Assembly: GCA_950097015.1 (NCBI GenBank)
Contig: CATNEN010000038.1
Coordinates: forward strand, 12,276,001-12,340,000
Source: Macrostomum hystrix
Taxonomy: Eukaryota; Animalia; Platyhelminthes
Length of the DNA stretch: 64,000 nucleotides
Direction: 5' to 3'
Positions 30,264 through 42,142 of the stretch are shown here, piece by piece. The position numbers were made by a program, and so were the translations under genes. Each line of letters opens with the position of its first letter. Positions within the stretch are counted from its first letter, which is position 1. Under the pieces are notes generated by a model that saw only the letters and a program-made list of their open reading frames with translations, was not told where the DNA came from and made no database searches.

Positions 30264-30739
30264 AAAGGTGCCAAGACTGATGCATAAAGTCGGTTGGATA
30301 CAACTAAAACTGCTGACTTAGGTTCCTGATTGACGTCTGACTGTCTAAAGTGCATCTTCACCTTTCTTATTTCTGCTTTAGCGGGATCAATCTTTCTCCA
30401 ATTGTGGGCTCAGCTGACTAGTATAATCATTTTTCCGGGATCACTCAATCCTTCAACTGAGCTAGCTTCTAGCTACGACAGAGCGATGCGCTGTGGCAGC
30501 GGTTGCCAGGGCAACCGACGGTGTTGCGTGAAACCGTCACAGCAAACTTCATTAAATCTCTGGTCTACAAACGTGGAATAAAATTCCTCACTTAAAAATT
30601 CATTTCATGGGTTCAGATGGATGATTTAGCTGCATGTGAGGGATTAGCTGGAGAAAATTGCTTTTTATTTTGTACTTTCGTGATATGATGTGAGCTTGCT
30701 ACGGCTTTAAGGTTAGGTTAGTGGAAGTAGAGTAGGCCG

Positions 30740-31150
30740 TGAGACTGTGAGCAGACTTTGAGTAGACTGTAAGCAGACTTTGAGTAGACTGTGAGCAGAC
30801 TTTGAGTAGACTGTAAGCAGACTTTGAGTAGACTGTGGGCAGACTTTGAGTAGACTGTGAGCAGACTTTGAGTAGACTGTGGGCAGACTTTGAGTAGACT
30901 GTGAGCAGACTTTGAGTAGGCTGTGAGCAGACTTTAAGTAGACTGTGAGCAGACTTTGAGTAGACTGTGAGCAGACTCACTGTAATTAGGCTGACGAGGC
31001 TAACGAAAAGTAGGTTGCGAGTAGACTGACTAAAAGTAGACTGAATTTTAGTAGACTGTGAGTAGACTGTAAGTAGACTGTAAGTAGATTGTAAGTAGAG
31101 TATTGACTGTACTTAGACTGTGCAGACTGATTCTAAGTCTAAGTAAACTA
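30740..31150. repeat. 22-bp minisatellite (AGACTTTGAGTAGACTGTGAGC) with degenerate tail
   Basis: About 11 tandem copies to 30978, then decayed AGTAGACTG units. Confidence 0.9.
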
Positions 31151-31546
31151 TGAGCAGACTATAAGTAGACAATGAGAAAAAGTCTTGCAAAAAACGAATT
31201 TTAATCCCACTGCAGTAAAAAGCGGAATCACTCGGAGAAAGTGCTCGAGCAGGAACGGAGTCTATCAAAAAATGCGATAACAATATCCCATTGCTGAATA
31301 GCGCATTGTTGATGAAGCTTGGCTGATTCAGATCGGATTTCGACTTCTAAATTTGTCACCGAAATGCTGGTAGAGTAATACGCATGGCTATTATAAGTTG
31401 CAATCCATTGTCATCGGCTAATATTTATTATCGTAGTCTTGTCATGCTTTTATTTATAAATGTTTCAACGACAAAAAAAGCATGCTTTTAAAATGCACGT
31501 AAAAAACAGCACGTTGGCTAATAACAAGAAAATGATCACGAGGGGC

Positions 31547-31926
31547 TGGTACACAATATCTGCGATAATTGGTACACAATATCAATCATAATTGGTACAC
31601 AATATCTACGATAATTGGTACACAATATCAATCATAATTGGTACACAATATCAATCATAATTGGTACACAATATCAATGATAATTGGTACACAATATCAA
31701 TCATAATTGGTACACAATATCAATGATAATTGGTACACAATATCAATCATAATTGGTACACAATATCAATCATAATTGGTACACAATATCAATCATAATT
31801 GGTACACAATATCAATCATAATTGGTACACAATATCAATGATAATTGGTACACAATATCAATCATAATTGGTACACAATATCAATCATAATTGGTACACA
31901 ATCAACAAGAATTGGCACACAATATC
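31547..31926. repeat. 23-bp minisatellite (TGGTACACAATATCAATCATAAT)
   Basis: About 16 tandem copies. Confidence 0.95.
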
Positions 31927-31999
31927 ATACAGAAGTGGAACAACAAATAAAGTGTTGCGTCATCCTTACTAGTAATTGATTATTTCAAACGCACACCTA

Positions 32000-32125
32000 T
32001 TAAACGACAATCCACCCAAGCCTTCTCGCTGCGGCTGCGCCACAAATGAATGCGGCCTCGTCGCGGCATCGAGCTCAGGAACGTTGGTGCGAGAAGCGGA
32101 CGTGCTCACAGTTCTGCCACCACCT
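32000..32125 (-). mobile_element. SINE family A, head fragment
   Basis: CCAAGCCTTCTCGCTGCGGCTGCGCC...GGCCTCGTCGCGGCATCGAGCTCAGG...TGGTGCGAGA...CTGCCAC. Confidence 0.75.
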
Positions 32126-32369
32126 GGGCAGAACTGTGCTGTGGGCAGCATTGTCTAGGGCAAACCATTTTTGGTTTGGCAGCCCCGATCCATCAGTCCG
32201 CAGCTCCTTGACGCGCCATTGAATCCAAGAATAAGGGAAGGGAAGGGAAGGAGAACTTCTGCATGCACCTGCTAGGAGAATGAAGTTGTTTTCTTTGCAC
32301 AATCTCTTTCAGCGATTTCCCGGCCAGTTCAATCAAAGACTGATCGACGTTGATCCGGTCCTCATCGCG

Positions 32370-34668
32370 ATGTCGCCTGCAACTTTGCTCAGCAACATCA
32401 GCAGCACCGGCGTCGAGTTGGACTGCGAGGAGAGTCGTCTGAGCGAGGGCTTCGCAGCCATCAGCGTCCCGGTGATCGCCAGCATCTCGCTGCTCTCTGT
32501 CATGCTGAACGGTTTCAACATCGCTGTCTTCAGTCAGCGCAAGATGGTCACACCAACGAACAGCATCCTGCTGGGCATTGCAGTCAGCGATCTAAGCAAA
32601 GTGCTCATCTTCCTGGCCGTGGCGGTGGTCGGAACCCGATGGGACCGGGCGGCCAGCAGCTACGCCTGGCAAGCTAGCGCGCTCGTCTGCAACGTCGTCA
32701 TGTACCTTATGCACGCCTACGCACTGTGGTGCGGCGTCCTGCTGGCCCTGTTCCGCTTCTTCTACTTGCAGTACTATGCGGCTGCAGGCACCAAGGTTTG
32801 GTTCGGCTTGGCCCGAGCCCGGCTCGCCCTGCTGCTGGCCTTCCTGGCCAACGCCGCCGCCCTGGCGCCGTACGCGGCCAACCTGCGCGTGGAGTCGCCA
32901 AACCTGGAACTGGACGGCGCTGGCAGATCGTTGCAGATTAACAAAAGCGAAACAATTTACCAGGTGAAAACCAATTGATTGGTTATATGATTTGGAAAAA
33001 AAATTAGTCTGCAAATATTTAGGCAAGGTGACAATGGGACAAGTAGACAATGCGACAAGGTGACAATGCGACGAGGGGACTAGTGACAATTTGACAACTT
33101 GACAAGGAGACAATGTGATAAGTTTGACAATTTGACAAGGTGAAAAATGACATAGTGTCAAGGTAACTAATTGATAAGGTGACGAATCCATAACGTGACA
33201 AGTTGATAAAGTGAAAAATTGATAAAGTGACAAATTGATAAAGTGACAAATTGATAAAGTGACAAATTGATAAGTTTACAAATTTATTACGTGACAAATT
33301 GATAAGTTTACAAATAGATAAGTTTACAAATTGATTACGTGACAAATTGATAAGTTTACAAATTGATTACGTGACAAATTGATAAGTTTACAAATAGATA
33401 AGTTTACAAATTGATTACGTGACAAATTGATAAGGTGACAAATCCAAAAGGTGACAAATTGATAAGGTGACAAATCCATAAGGTGACAAATTGATAAGGT
33501 GACAAATTGATAAGGTGACAAATTGATAAGGTGACAAATCCATAAGGTGGCAATTTGATAAGGTGACAAATTGATAAGGTGACAAATTGATAAGGTGACA
33601 AATTGATAAGGTGACAAATTGATAAGGTGACAAATTGATAAGGTGACAAATCCATAAGGTGGCAAATTGATAAGGTGACAAATTGATAAGGTGACAAATT
33701 GATAAGGTGACAAATCCATAAGGTGACAAATCCATAAGTTAACAAATCCATAAGGTGACAAATTGATAAGGTGACAAATCCATAAGGTGACAAATTGATA
33801 AGGTGACAAATTGATAAGGTGACAAATCCATAAGGTGACAAATCCATCTAGGCTGATAAGTTAATGAACTGATTAGCCTATTTGGGCACCAACGATAATC
33901 CCCAAACGCTGTCGCAACGCCCAACAGGTGAAAATCGAACCTCGGCACGCATTCAAAATCCGGCTGTTCAACTGCCTGGCCCAGAAGGCGCTGCCCTGCC
34001 TGCTGATGGCCGGCCTCTGCTGCTGCATCATTCGCTGCCTTCGTCGCACTGAGCGCCGCCGCGAGTCGCTAGCCAATCAGAAAAGCCCCTCGGCAAGGCA
34101 CGAGCGTCGCTCGCGGCATCATCGGCGAACAACCGCCTTCCTCATGGTCATCATCGTGCTGTACATTGTCTACGAGATCCCAGTCAGCATGCTCAATATC
34201 CTCGAAGACGACGCTCTCGGACTGCCTGGCGTCCAGTGCTTTATGCGCTCGTACGCACCGCTGCTGAACACTCTGGCTCTGGTGAATAACTCGGTGAACT
34301 TCATCCTGTACTGCTGCATGAGCAAGCAATTCCGGCAGGCATTCAATGCCACCTTCGGACTGAGCCGCCTGCTGCGCCGGAAGAGGCCGGTTCAGGACAG
34401 CGCCCGCACAGAGCGACAGCGCCTGCAGCCGGGCAGCTCTAGGATTGGCGCTCGCGACTTGGGTGGCGGCCTAGGTGTCGAGAGCGGGGACGAAGTCGAT
34501 GCTGGGGCTCAGTCAGCTCAAGGACAGGCGCTGCCAGTCACCCTGATTCTGGCTACCTGGCAAGGTGCCGGCTGCTCAACGCGGCAACCTGTTGATGGCA
34601 GCGACGACAGTCATTCCTTTTGCGGCAGCGCATCAGATGCGCTCAGCTACCCCTGCCTCGAGTACTGA
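32370..34668 (+). CDS. Class A GPCR, neuropeptide-receptor type (FMRFamide/myosuppressin/srw-like), 2 exons
   Basis: Exons 32370-32963 and 33928-34668 (phase 0). TM1 N..NIAVF, TPTNSILLGIAVSDL, TM3 ALWCGVLLALFRF, TM5 KALPCLL, TM6 RTTAFL..YEIP, TM7 NNSVNFILYCCMSKQFRQAF. An upstream acceptor at 32312 makes the start uncertain. Confidence 0.88.
33020..33847. repeat. 16-bp minisatellite (GTGACAAATTGATAAG) filling the GPCR intron
   Basis: Tandem copies with variants (TCCATAAG), degenerate at the 5' side. Confidence 0.95.
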
Positions 34669-34799
34669 CTAGTTTATCTATTTGTGCCTTCGTGTCCTTT
34701 AAAACAAAAAGACTTTCAAAGGATGTTCCTTAAACTTTCTGTTCAAATTTTACGATTATCAAAGCAGCCACTTTTGTTTTTAAGTATTAATTCACTAGC

Positions 34800-34976
34800 G
34801 CTTCAGTGCGCAAATACTTAAGTGCGCAAGTACTTCAGTGCGCAAGTACTTCAGTTCGCAAGTACTTCAGTGCGCAAGTACTTCAGTGCGCAAGTACTAG
34901 TGCGCAAGTACTAGTGTGCAAGTACTAGTGCGCAAGTACTAGTGCGCAAGTACTAGTGCGCGAGTACTTCAGTGCA
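34800..34976. repeat. 16/13-bp minisatellite (AGTGCGCAAGTACT[TC])
   Basis: Tandem copies, with palindromic TGCGCA and AGTACT cores. Confidence 0.9.
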
Positions 34977-35384
34977 AGAAGTTACAATCACTGAGACGGC
35001 GATCACCCAGTCAATTATTGGACTTATTCGTGTCTCTAATCAATAATATTTTAATACGGAAAATCCCAGAATTTCTTACCATGGCCTGGCACGCTACCGG
35101 AGAGTTTTTGCAGACGGCGTCCGGTTCTCTCAGCAATGCGCTGAATACGATCCGATTTTTTCAAATTAGGAATGTTGGTATCTCGAGCTGCCTCTAGGGG
35201 AGTTTTAGCTCACGCGAGCGTCCCTCCGCAGGATCCTCTCACTATTTTTTCACACCTTAGCCAAATTTTCGCTTCGACTATTAATAATTTTTTAAGTATA
35301 CATTAATCCTCTTAATTTCTTCTGACTTGAACTTTAGACATTATTTGTAATAGTAATCGATGAGTATTATATAAAAATGGTGAG

Positions 35385-35857
35385 GATTCTGTCTAACAGT
35401 TAACAATTCTGTCTAACAGTTAACAATTCTGTCTAACAGTTAATGATTCTGTCTAACAGTTAACGATTCTGTCTAACAGTTAATGATTCTGTCTAACAGT
35501 TAATGATTCTGTCTAACAGTTAACGATTCTGTCTAACAGTTAATGATTCTGTCTAACAGTTAACGATTCTGTCTAACAGTTAATGATTCTGTCTAACAGT
35601 TAGTGATTCTGTCTAACAGTTAACGATTCTGTCTAACAGTTAATGATTCTGTCTAACAGTTAATGATTCTGTCTAACATTTAACGATTCTGTCTAACAGT
35701 TAATGATTCTGTCTAACAGTTAATGATTCTGTCTAACAGTTAATGATTCTGTCTAACAGTTAATGATTCTGTCTAACAGTTAATGATTCTGTCTAACAGT
35801 TAATGATTCTGTCTAACAGTTAATGATTCTGTCTAACAGTTAATGATTCTGTCTAAT
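35385..35857. repeat. 20-bp minisatellite (GATTCTGTCTAACAGTTAAT)
   Basis: About 23 copies. Confidence 0.95.
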
Positions 35858-36399
35858 AGGTGAGGCTATGCCCATACACACAGTGGCATTGATTAAGTCT
35901 CCCAGGACAGTCTCCAGGTAAAAAGGCAGACAGGCTTAAATAAACAGATTAAGAAACAATAGTAATTGAATAATATATTATTGTGCCAGTAATAGGTTAT
36001 GTAGCATCTCTGTTATGGCGTACACATTTCTCACTGTTTATTTGCAAGCTTGTTAAAAAAACATTTTTTCCTACCCATTGCGTGTACCAAAGATTTTTTC
36101 TATCCTTGTCACCTGTGTCGAACCCAGCAAGGCCGACATATTTTCTGCAGACCTTGAAGAAAGATTAACTGGAAAAAGGACGATGGTTGTTGTGGACTAA
36201 TCAAAATGCGACATTGTAAAGATGCCCGTTAATTCCCGAAGACACGACAAATGCTCAAGTGCTAAATACTGTGTGACTTCAATTATTCAGTTTCTTTGGC
36301 TCCGATCAATGCTGATAAATAGAAATTTTGTTTACTTCTTCGAAACACTTAAAAATATCATTTCTTAGTGGCTTTAAGGCGATGTAGTATGTAATGTAC

Positions 36400-36954
36400 A
36401 GATGAGACAGGGAAGATATGAGACAGGGAAGAGTTGAGACAGGGGAGAGATGAGACAGGGAAGAGATGAGACAGGGGAGAGATAAGACAGGGAAGAGATG
36501 AGACAGGGAAGAGATAAGACAGGGGAGAGATGAGACAGGGGAGAGATGAGACAGGGAAGAGATGAGATAGGGAAGAGATAAGACAGGGAAGAGATAAGAC
36601 AGGGAAGAGATAAGACAGGGAAGAGATAAGACAGGGGAGAGATGAGACAGGGAAGAGATGAGACAGGGGAGAGATAAGACAGGGAAGAGGTGAGACAGGG
36701 AAGAGATGAGACAGGGGAGAGATAAGACAGGGAAGAGGTGAGACAGGGAAGAGATGAGACAGGGGAGAGATAAGACAGGGAAGAGGTGAGACAGGGAAGA
36801 GATGAGATAGGGAAGAGATAAGACAGGGAAGAGATAAGACAGGGAAGAGATAAGACAGGGAAGAGATAAGACAGGGGAGAGATGAGACAGGGAAGAGATG
36901 AGACAGGGGAGAGATAAGACAGGGAAGAGGTGAGACAGGGAAGAGATGAGACAG
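36400..36954. repeat. 16-bp purine-rich minisatellite (GAGACAGGGAAGAGAT)
   Basis: About 34 copies. The same unit occurs reversed at 57018-57220. Confidence 0.95.
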
Positions 36955-37200
36955 CTAAAGGATGTGAAAGAAGAATGCAAGATAAAAGAAAGAAGGAAGA
37001 TTATAAGAAGTCAAAGCCCGATCTCGTTTGCCAGGGCCCCCGCTTTGCTCGCCATGCTACTAACAGTGATATATGACGGTAATATAATCAGCCAATCTAT
37101 CTATCTGTCTATCAGCCAATTTTTTTCAAATCGGGGTGTCTTATCGACACTGTCTGGAAGGCGTATTTCAAATTTGTCACGATAGTTCTCAAAACGATAT

Positions 37201-37350
37201 CGACCGATTTTCGTAAAAGTCCGCCAGTTGAATCAAATTTTCCGCCCTTTACGATGATGAACTGACTGTCAAAGCCGTGCAATTCAGCTTGACATTCAGT
37301 GATTCCTGTCGGAGTCACTGGTGACTAGGACAAGTAGCATTGCTGTGCAT
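37201..37350. repeat. Dispersed repeat family C, copy 2
   Basis: Similar to 5136-5290. Confidence 0.65.
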
Positions 37351-37902
37351 AAGTCTCTTTGTCGTTTTCTTTGCCGCCAGACACCCCAGACAAGAACCGT
37401 TGAATATCCGCTTTCAACAGATATTTTGTGATTCTGAAAGTTTTTCGATCGGCTAGAGCGGAAAATTTAAGCCGGTGTTCAGGATTTTCATAGCGATTGG
37501 TTGAATATTTTGGGATATTTGAAATATCTGGTTCCTTGGTATTTTTATACTGTTAAACTGTACTCGTAGATTCCCATTTCACAGTGCCAATATTTTCCGG
37601 TATGTTTTCCGCTTCCAAGCTCATTAAAAGTAGGACTACCAAGCCATTTTGCCGCCCGTTTTTATACCAAGGGGGGCCCCTGACAATTTTTTGGCAGCGC
37701 CCGAATGCTAACAGCGTTGGGTGGTGACTGATTGGTTGACAGACTAGGCGATGGTGTCCTGTGGTTGAGCTGCGCCTTATATTTTGGCTTGAGCATTGAA
37801 ATTTGAGAAATTCGCGTCAGGGTGTCCATAGTAGCTTAGTTCCACCTGTTGTAGCCCTTGAAGGTCCAGCAGTCTGTCTAGATAATGGTAGGTGACCACC
37901 AA

Positions 37903-38213
37903 AGACGGAGATGATGCAAGCACATTCGGGTGACATGCTGATAAATTTTGAAGGCCTGGCAAGGCCGCACTGAGGCGCAGTGCAAATTCGTGTATAGGGG
38001 TGTATGAAATACACTAGCTCTTATGGGAAAAATCAGACCTTCGGCCAGAAACATTGAATATCTCGACGGTCTGAAGAGCTGGCGACTTGTTTCTTGTTTC
38101 AGAAGATGCGCAACAAAAATTTGGCCCGTGTTCTTAAGTTTCGTGTGCTTGCATTGTTCCGTTTGGGTGCAGCAAAAAAATTGTCAGGGGGGGGGAATTT
38201 CCCCCCCCCTTGG
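37903..38213. repeat. Dispersed repeat family D, copy 1 (unclassified)
   Basis: CACATTCGGGTGACATGCTGATAAATTTT.AAGGCCTGGCAAGGCCGCA...CTGAAGAGCT.GCGACTTG...TTTCGTGTGCTTGC...GGGTGCAGCA is shared with 59759-59990. Confidence 0.85.
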
Positions 38214-38559
38214 TAGTTCTACTGTGAAATGACAATGAGTTGAAAACTCTTTGCTAAGTACTTGTGATGCGTTGTGGGGACAATGATGCGTGGAAAAAAT
38301 ACAGCAAGGCTCTTTTGCACAAGCATCCCCATCACATGCTAGTCAGATTCAATGAAATAAATGCGCTAACTGACTGCCTCCAATGATATGCAGTCAGTTT
38401 TCTAGCAGCTTAGTCTATGCATCGCATGCATTTTCTAAAGCCATATTTTTTAGAGGCGAGGTCTCACGCCATTTGTTCTTGACTGCAGCTGTTGCCATGG
38501 TAACAAAAACTTTAGGCTTTGAATTTTCGTGTAGTATTCCTTTTTAGTATCCGTCGTAA

Positions 38560-38742
38560 ATGCAGAAGGGCTGTAGGCAATGGCAAATCATTTGGTGACA
38601 ATAGACCCACAGCCAGAGATAATGCGACACTGCACATTCACACAGGTGTGTACATCTGCCCTGACTTTCTCATCGTCAGGCTGTGTACACTCTCACTGTG
38701 CCTTGGAGGTTGGCCCACAAGGGCGCAAATTACATGACAAAC
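38560..38742 (-). mobile_element. SINE family A, internally deleted fragment
   Basis: CACACAGGTGTGTACATCTGCCCTGACTTTCTCATCGTCAGG...GCCTTGGAGGTTGGCCCACAAGGGCG. Confidence 0.8.
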
Positions 38743-38859
38743 AATTGTAAGAACTGAGAAATGCGATTGTTGGCAGTCGATAGCCGCCTACAGCCACCAA
38801 GCCTTCTCTCTCTTTCGCCAGCCTATGTGCTGAAATGACTCTCTCTTTCGATTTACGAG

Positions 38860-39629
38860 TCAGTGCGACATCAGGCCTGCTATCCCACCCAGCCTGTCCT
38901 TCAGTGCGACATCAGGCCTGCTATCCCACCCAGCCTGTCCTTCAGTGCGACATCAGGCCTGCTATCCCACCCAGCCTGTCCTTCAGTGCGACATCAGGCC
39001 CGCTATCCCACCCAGCCTGTCCTTCAGTGCGACATCAGGCCTGCTATCCCACCCAGCCTGTCCTTCAGTGCGACATCAGGCCTGCTATCCCACCCAGCCT
39101 GTCCTTCAGTGCGACATCAGGCCTGCTATCCCACCCAGCCTGTCCTTCAGTGCGACATCAGGCCCGCTATCCCACCCAGCCTGTCCTTCAGTGCGACATC
39201 AGGCCCGCTATCCCACCCAGCCTGTCCTTCAGTGCGACATCAGGCCTGCTATCCCACCCAGCCTGTCCTTCAGTGCGACATCAGGCCTGCTATCCCACCC
39301 AGCCTGTCCTTCAGTGCGACATCAGGCCTGCTATCCCACCCAGCCTGTCCTTCAGTGCGACATCAGGCCCGCTATCCCACCCAGCCTGTCCTTCAGTGCG
39401 ACATCAGGCCTGCTATCCCACCCAGCCTGTCCTTCAGTGCGACATCAGGCCCGCTATCCCACCCAGCCTGTCCTTCAGTGCGACATCAGGCCTGCTATCC
39501 CACCCAGCCTGTCCTTCAGTGCGACATCAGGCCTGCTATCCCACCCAGCCTGTCCTTCAGTGCGACATCAGGCCCGCTATCCCACCCAGCCTGTCCTTCA
39601 GTGCGACATCAGGCCTGCTATCCCACCCA
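38860..39629. repeat. 41-bp GC-rich minisatellite (CAGTGCGACATCAGGCCTGCTATCCCACCCAGCCTGTCCTT)
   Basis: About 19 copies, differing only at one C/T site. Confidence 0.97.
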
Positions 39630-40108
39630 CTCGTATTAAAAATCATGCAAAGGTGTTGCTATGAGCAATATTGTATAATTACTAATAAAACTTTATATAG
39701 CAAGTAATTACTGGGTGAAACAATCCAAATTTAATTGTCTTAATGGCGGAGTCGCGAATCGAACTCCCGACGTTCCCAGCTTGAGTATAATTAGTTACAA
39801 AGCATATAAAAAATCCCTTAATGTAAAATTTACATGTTTAAATTCTCGTTAGTTATACTTCCCCAAATAGTTGAAATAAAAAAATTAATTTTTTGTCTCT
39901 CATTAACTTGACAGTTTTTACTAAAATTGTATTCTCAAAAACCGTTAAAACAAAAAATTAATTTTTTTTTCACATTTTTTTTCATGAATTTTCCCTGGCG
40001 TATCAGACGTGCCCAGCTTCGCATTCCATAAAATGTGAGAATTTTTGTAACAAAAATTTCCTACTGCTTTTGTGATATCTGCAGCGATCCCTGCTTCATT
40101 GTGACAAA

Positions 40109-42142
40109 ATGGCAGGTGCAATTATTGGACTATTTCTAACATTGCTGCTCCAAGGCAGAGTCTACTGCGGTTCCGTCACATTTCAATACCTCGGCTGCTT
40201 CGTAGATGGACACGGAAATTTTCGGACCCTACCGGGCCTCGCTGGTATCAACAAGCTGGGCAGCTTCCAAGTGATGTACTCTGTCATGGTGGTCTCTTAC
40301 ACCGCTATGACACCTGAGTACTGCGGCCGGGTTTGCTCACACGGCGGCTTCAGGTATTTCGGCCTCCAGTACAGCAGTGAGTGCTGCTGCGGCAACAGCT
40401 GGCCGTCGCTGGGTTCGGCGAATGAGACTGACTGCAGCTCGGTCTGCACAGGCAACTCGGCGATAAGGTGCGGCGGACCTGACCGGAATTCATTGTACAA
40501 ACTCAACTACCCAGGTGGGTCAGAGTGACTGAATGGATTCTGACTGACAAGGCTTGGAATTCTATCTAACAAGTTTGGAAATCTGTCACACAGGTTTCAA
40601 ATTCTGTCTAACAGGTTTGAAATTCTGTCTAACAGGATTGGAATTCTGTCTAACAGGATTGGAATTCTGTCTAACAGGATTGGAATTCTGTCTAACAGGA
40701 TTGGAATTCTGTCTAACAGGATTGGAATTCTGTCTAACAGGATTGGAATTCTGTCTAACAGGATTGGAATTCTGTCTAACAGGATTGGAATTCTGTCTAA
40801 CAAATTGAAATTCTGTCTAACAGGATGGGAATTCTGTCTAACAGGATGGGAATTCTGTCTAACAGGATGGGAATTCTGTCTAACGGGATTAAGGTTTCGT
40901 CAAACTTAGTGGGAAATCTGTCTGGAATTATGACTAACAGGATGGGAATTCTGTCTAAAAGGATGGGAATTCTGTCTAAAAGGATGGGAATTCTGTCTAA
41001 CGGGATTAAGGTTTCGTCAAACTTAGTGGGAAATCTGTCTGGAATTCTGACTAACAGGATGGGAATTCTGTCTAACAGGATGGGAATTCTGTCTAACAGG
41101 ATGGGAATTCTGTCTAACAGGATGGGAATTCTGTCTAACAAATTGAAATTCTGTCTAACAGGATGGGAATTCTGTCTAACAGGATTGGAATTCTGTCTAC
41201 CAAATTGAAATTCTGTCTAACAGGATGGGAATTCTGTCTAACAGGATGGGAATTCTGTCTAACAGGATGGGAATTCTGTCTAACGGGATTAAGGTTTCGT
41301 CAAACTTAGTGGGAAATCTGTCTGGAATTCTGACTAACAGGATGGGAATTCTGTCTAACAGGATGGGAATTCTGTCTAACAGGATGGGAATTCTGTCTAA
41401 CAGGATGGGAATTCTGTCTAACATGATGGGAATTCTGTCTAACAGGATGGGAATTCTGTCTAACATGTTTGAAATTCTGTCTAACGGGATGGGGATTCTG
41501 TCTAACAGGATGGGAATTCCGTCTAACAGGATGGGAATTCTGTCTAACAGGATGGGAATTCTGTCTAACGGGATTAAGGTTTCGTCAAACATAGTGGGAA
41601 GTCTGTCTGGAATTCTATCTAACAGGTTTAGAATTCTTTATAAGAGGTTTGGAATCCTGTCTGCCAGGTTTTTAAGGCTGTCTAACATGTTTCGAATTGG
41701 GTCTAACAAGTTTCAAATTCTGTCTAACGGGATGGAGTTTAGTCTATCAGATTAGGCTACCGTCTAAAAATATTTTTTATTCAATATTTGAATTAATTAG
41801 TTGTAATGATTTTGTAGTTTGTTAGTGTTGTTTTTTTATTCCTCCTTTCCTAACTCCAGTCCGAACTTCTAAAAAATTTCAGTCTGCAAACGAAAGTTTG
41901 TTTCAATGAAGGTTAGAGAATTAGTGACAATTTGGTCGTACTCCACGGTGACAACTCATCGAGTTGCTAAGAGTGGAACTCTGGCAGAATGTCTACAAAT
42001 TTGCGGCGTCCTTGGCGTCGACTGTCTGGCCGTGATCTACTCAGCTGAGCTGCAGAACTCCTGCTATCTGCTCAAGTTCTCCCTTGTGCCTGAAAGCCTT
42101 GCCAGCCTGCCTGGCGAATTCCTGGTGGCAGACCGACTTTGA
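40109..42142 (+). CDS. Secreted WSC-domain protein with C-terminal PAN/Apple-like module, 2 exons
   Basis: Exon 1 40109-40514: signal peptide and WSC motifs YLGCFVD, TPEYC..C, YFGLQYSSECCCGN, CSSVCTGN..CGG. Exon 2 41883-42142 (phase 1, TTTCAG acceptor): TLAECLQIC..DCLAVIYS..SCYLL. Confidence 0.85.
40535..41750. repeat. 21-bp minisatellite (GGAATTCTGTCTAACAGGATT/G) with higher-order inserts, in the WSC gene intron
   Basis: Tandem copies, periodically interrupted by GGATTAAGGTTTCGTCAAACTTAGTGGGAAATCTGTCT. Confidence 0.95.

Noticed and set aside
38860-39629. CRISPR-like array (also considered for other arrays)
   Set aside because: Units are contiguous with no unique spacers, there are no cas genes, and the context is eukaryotic.
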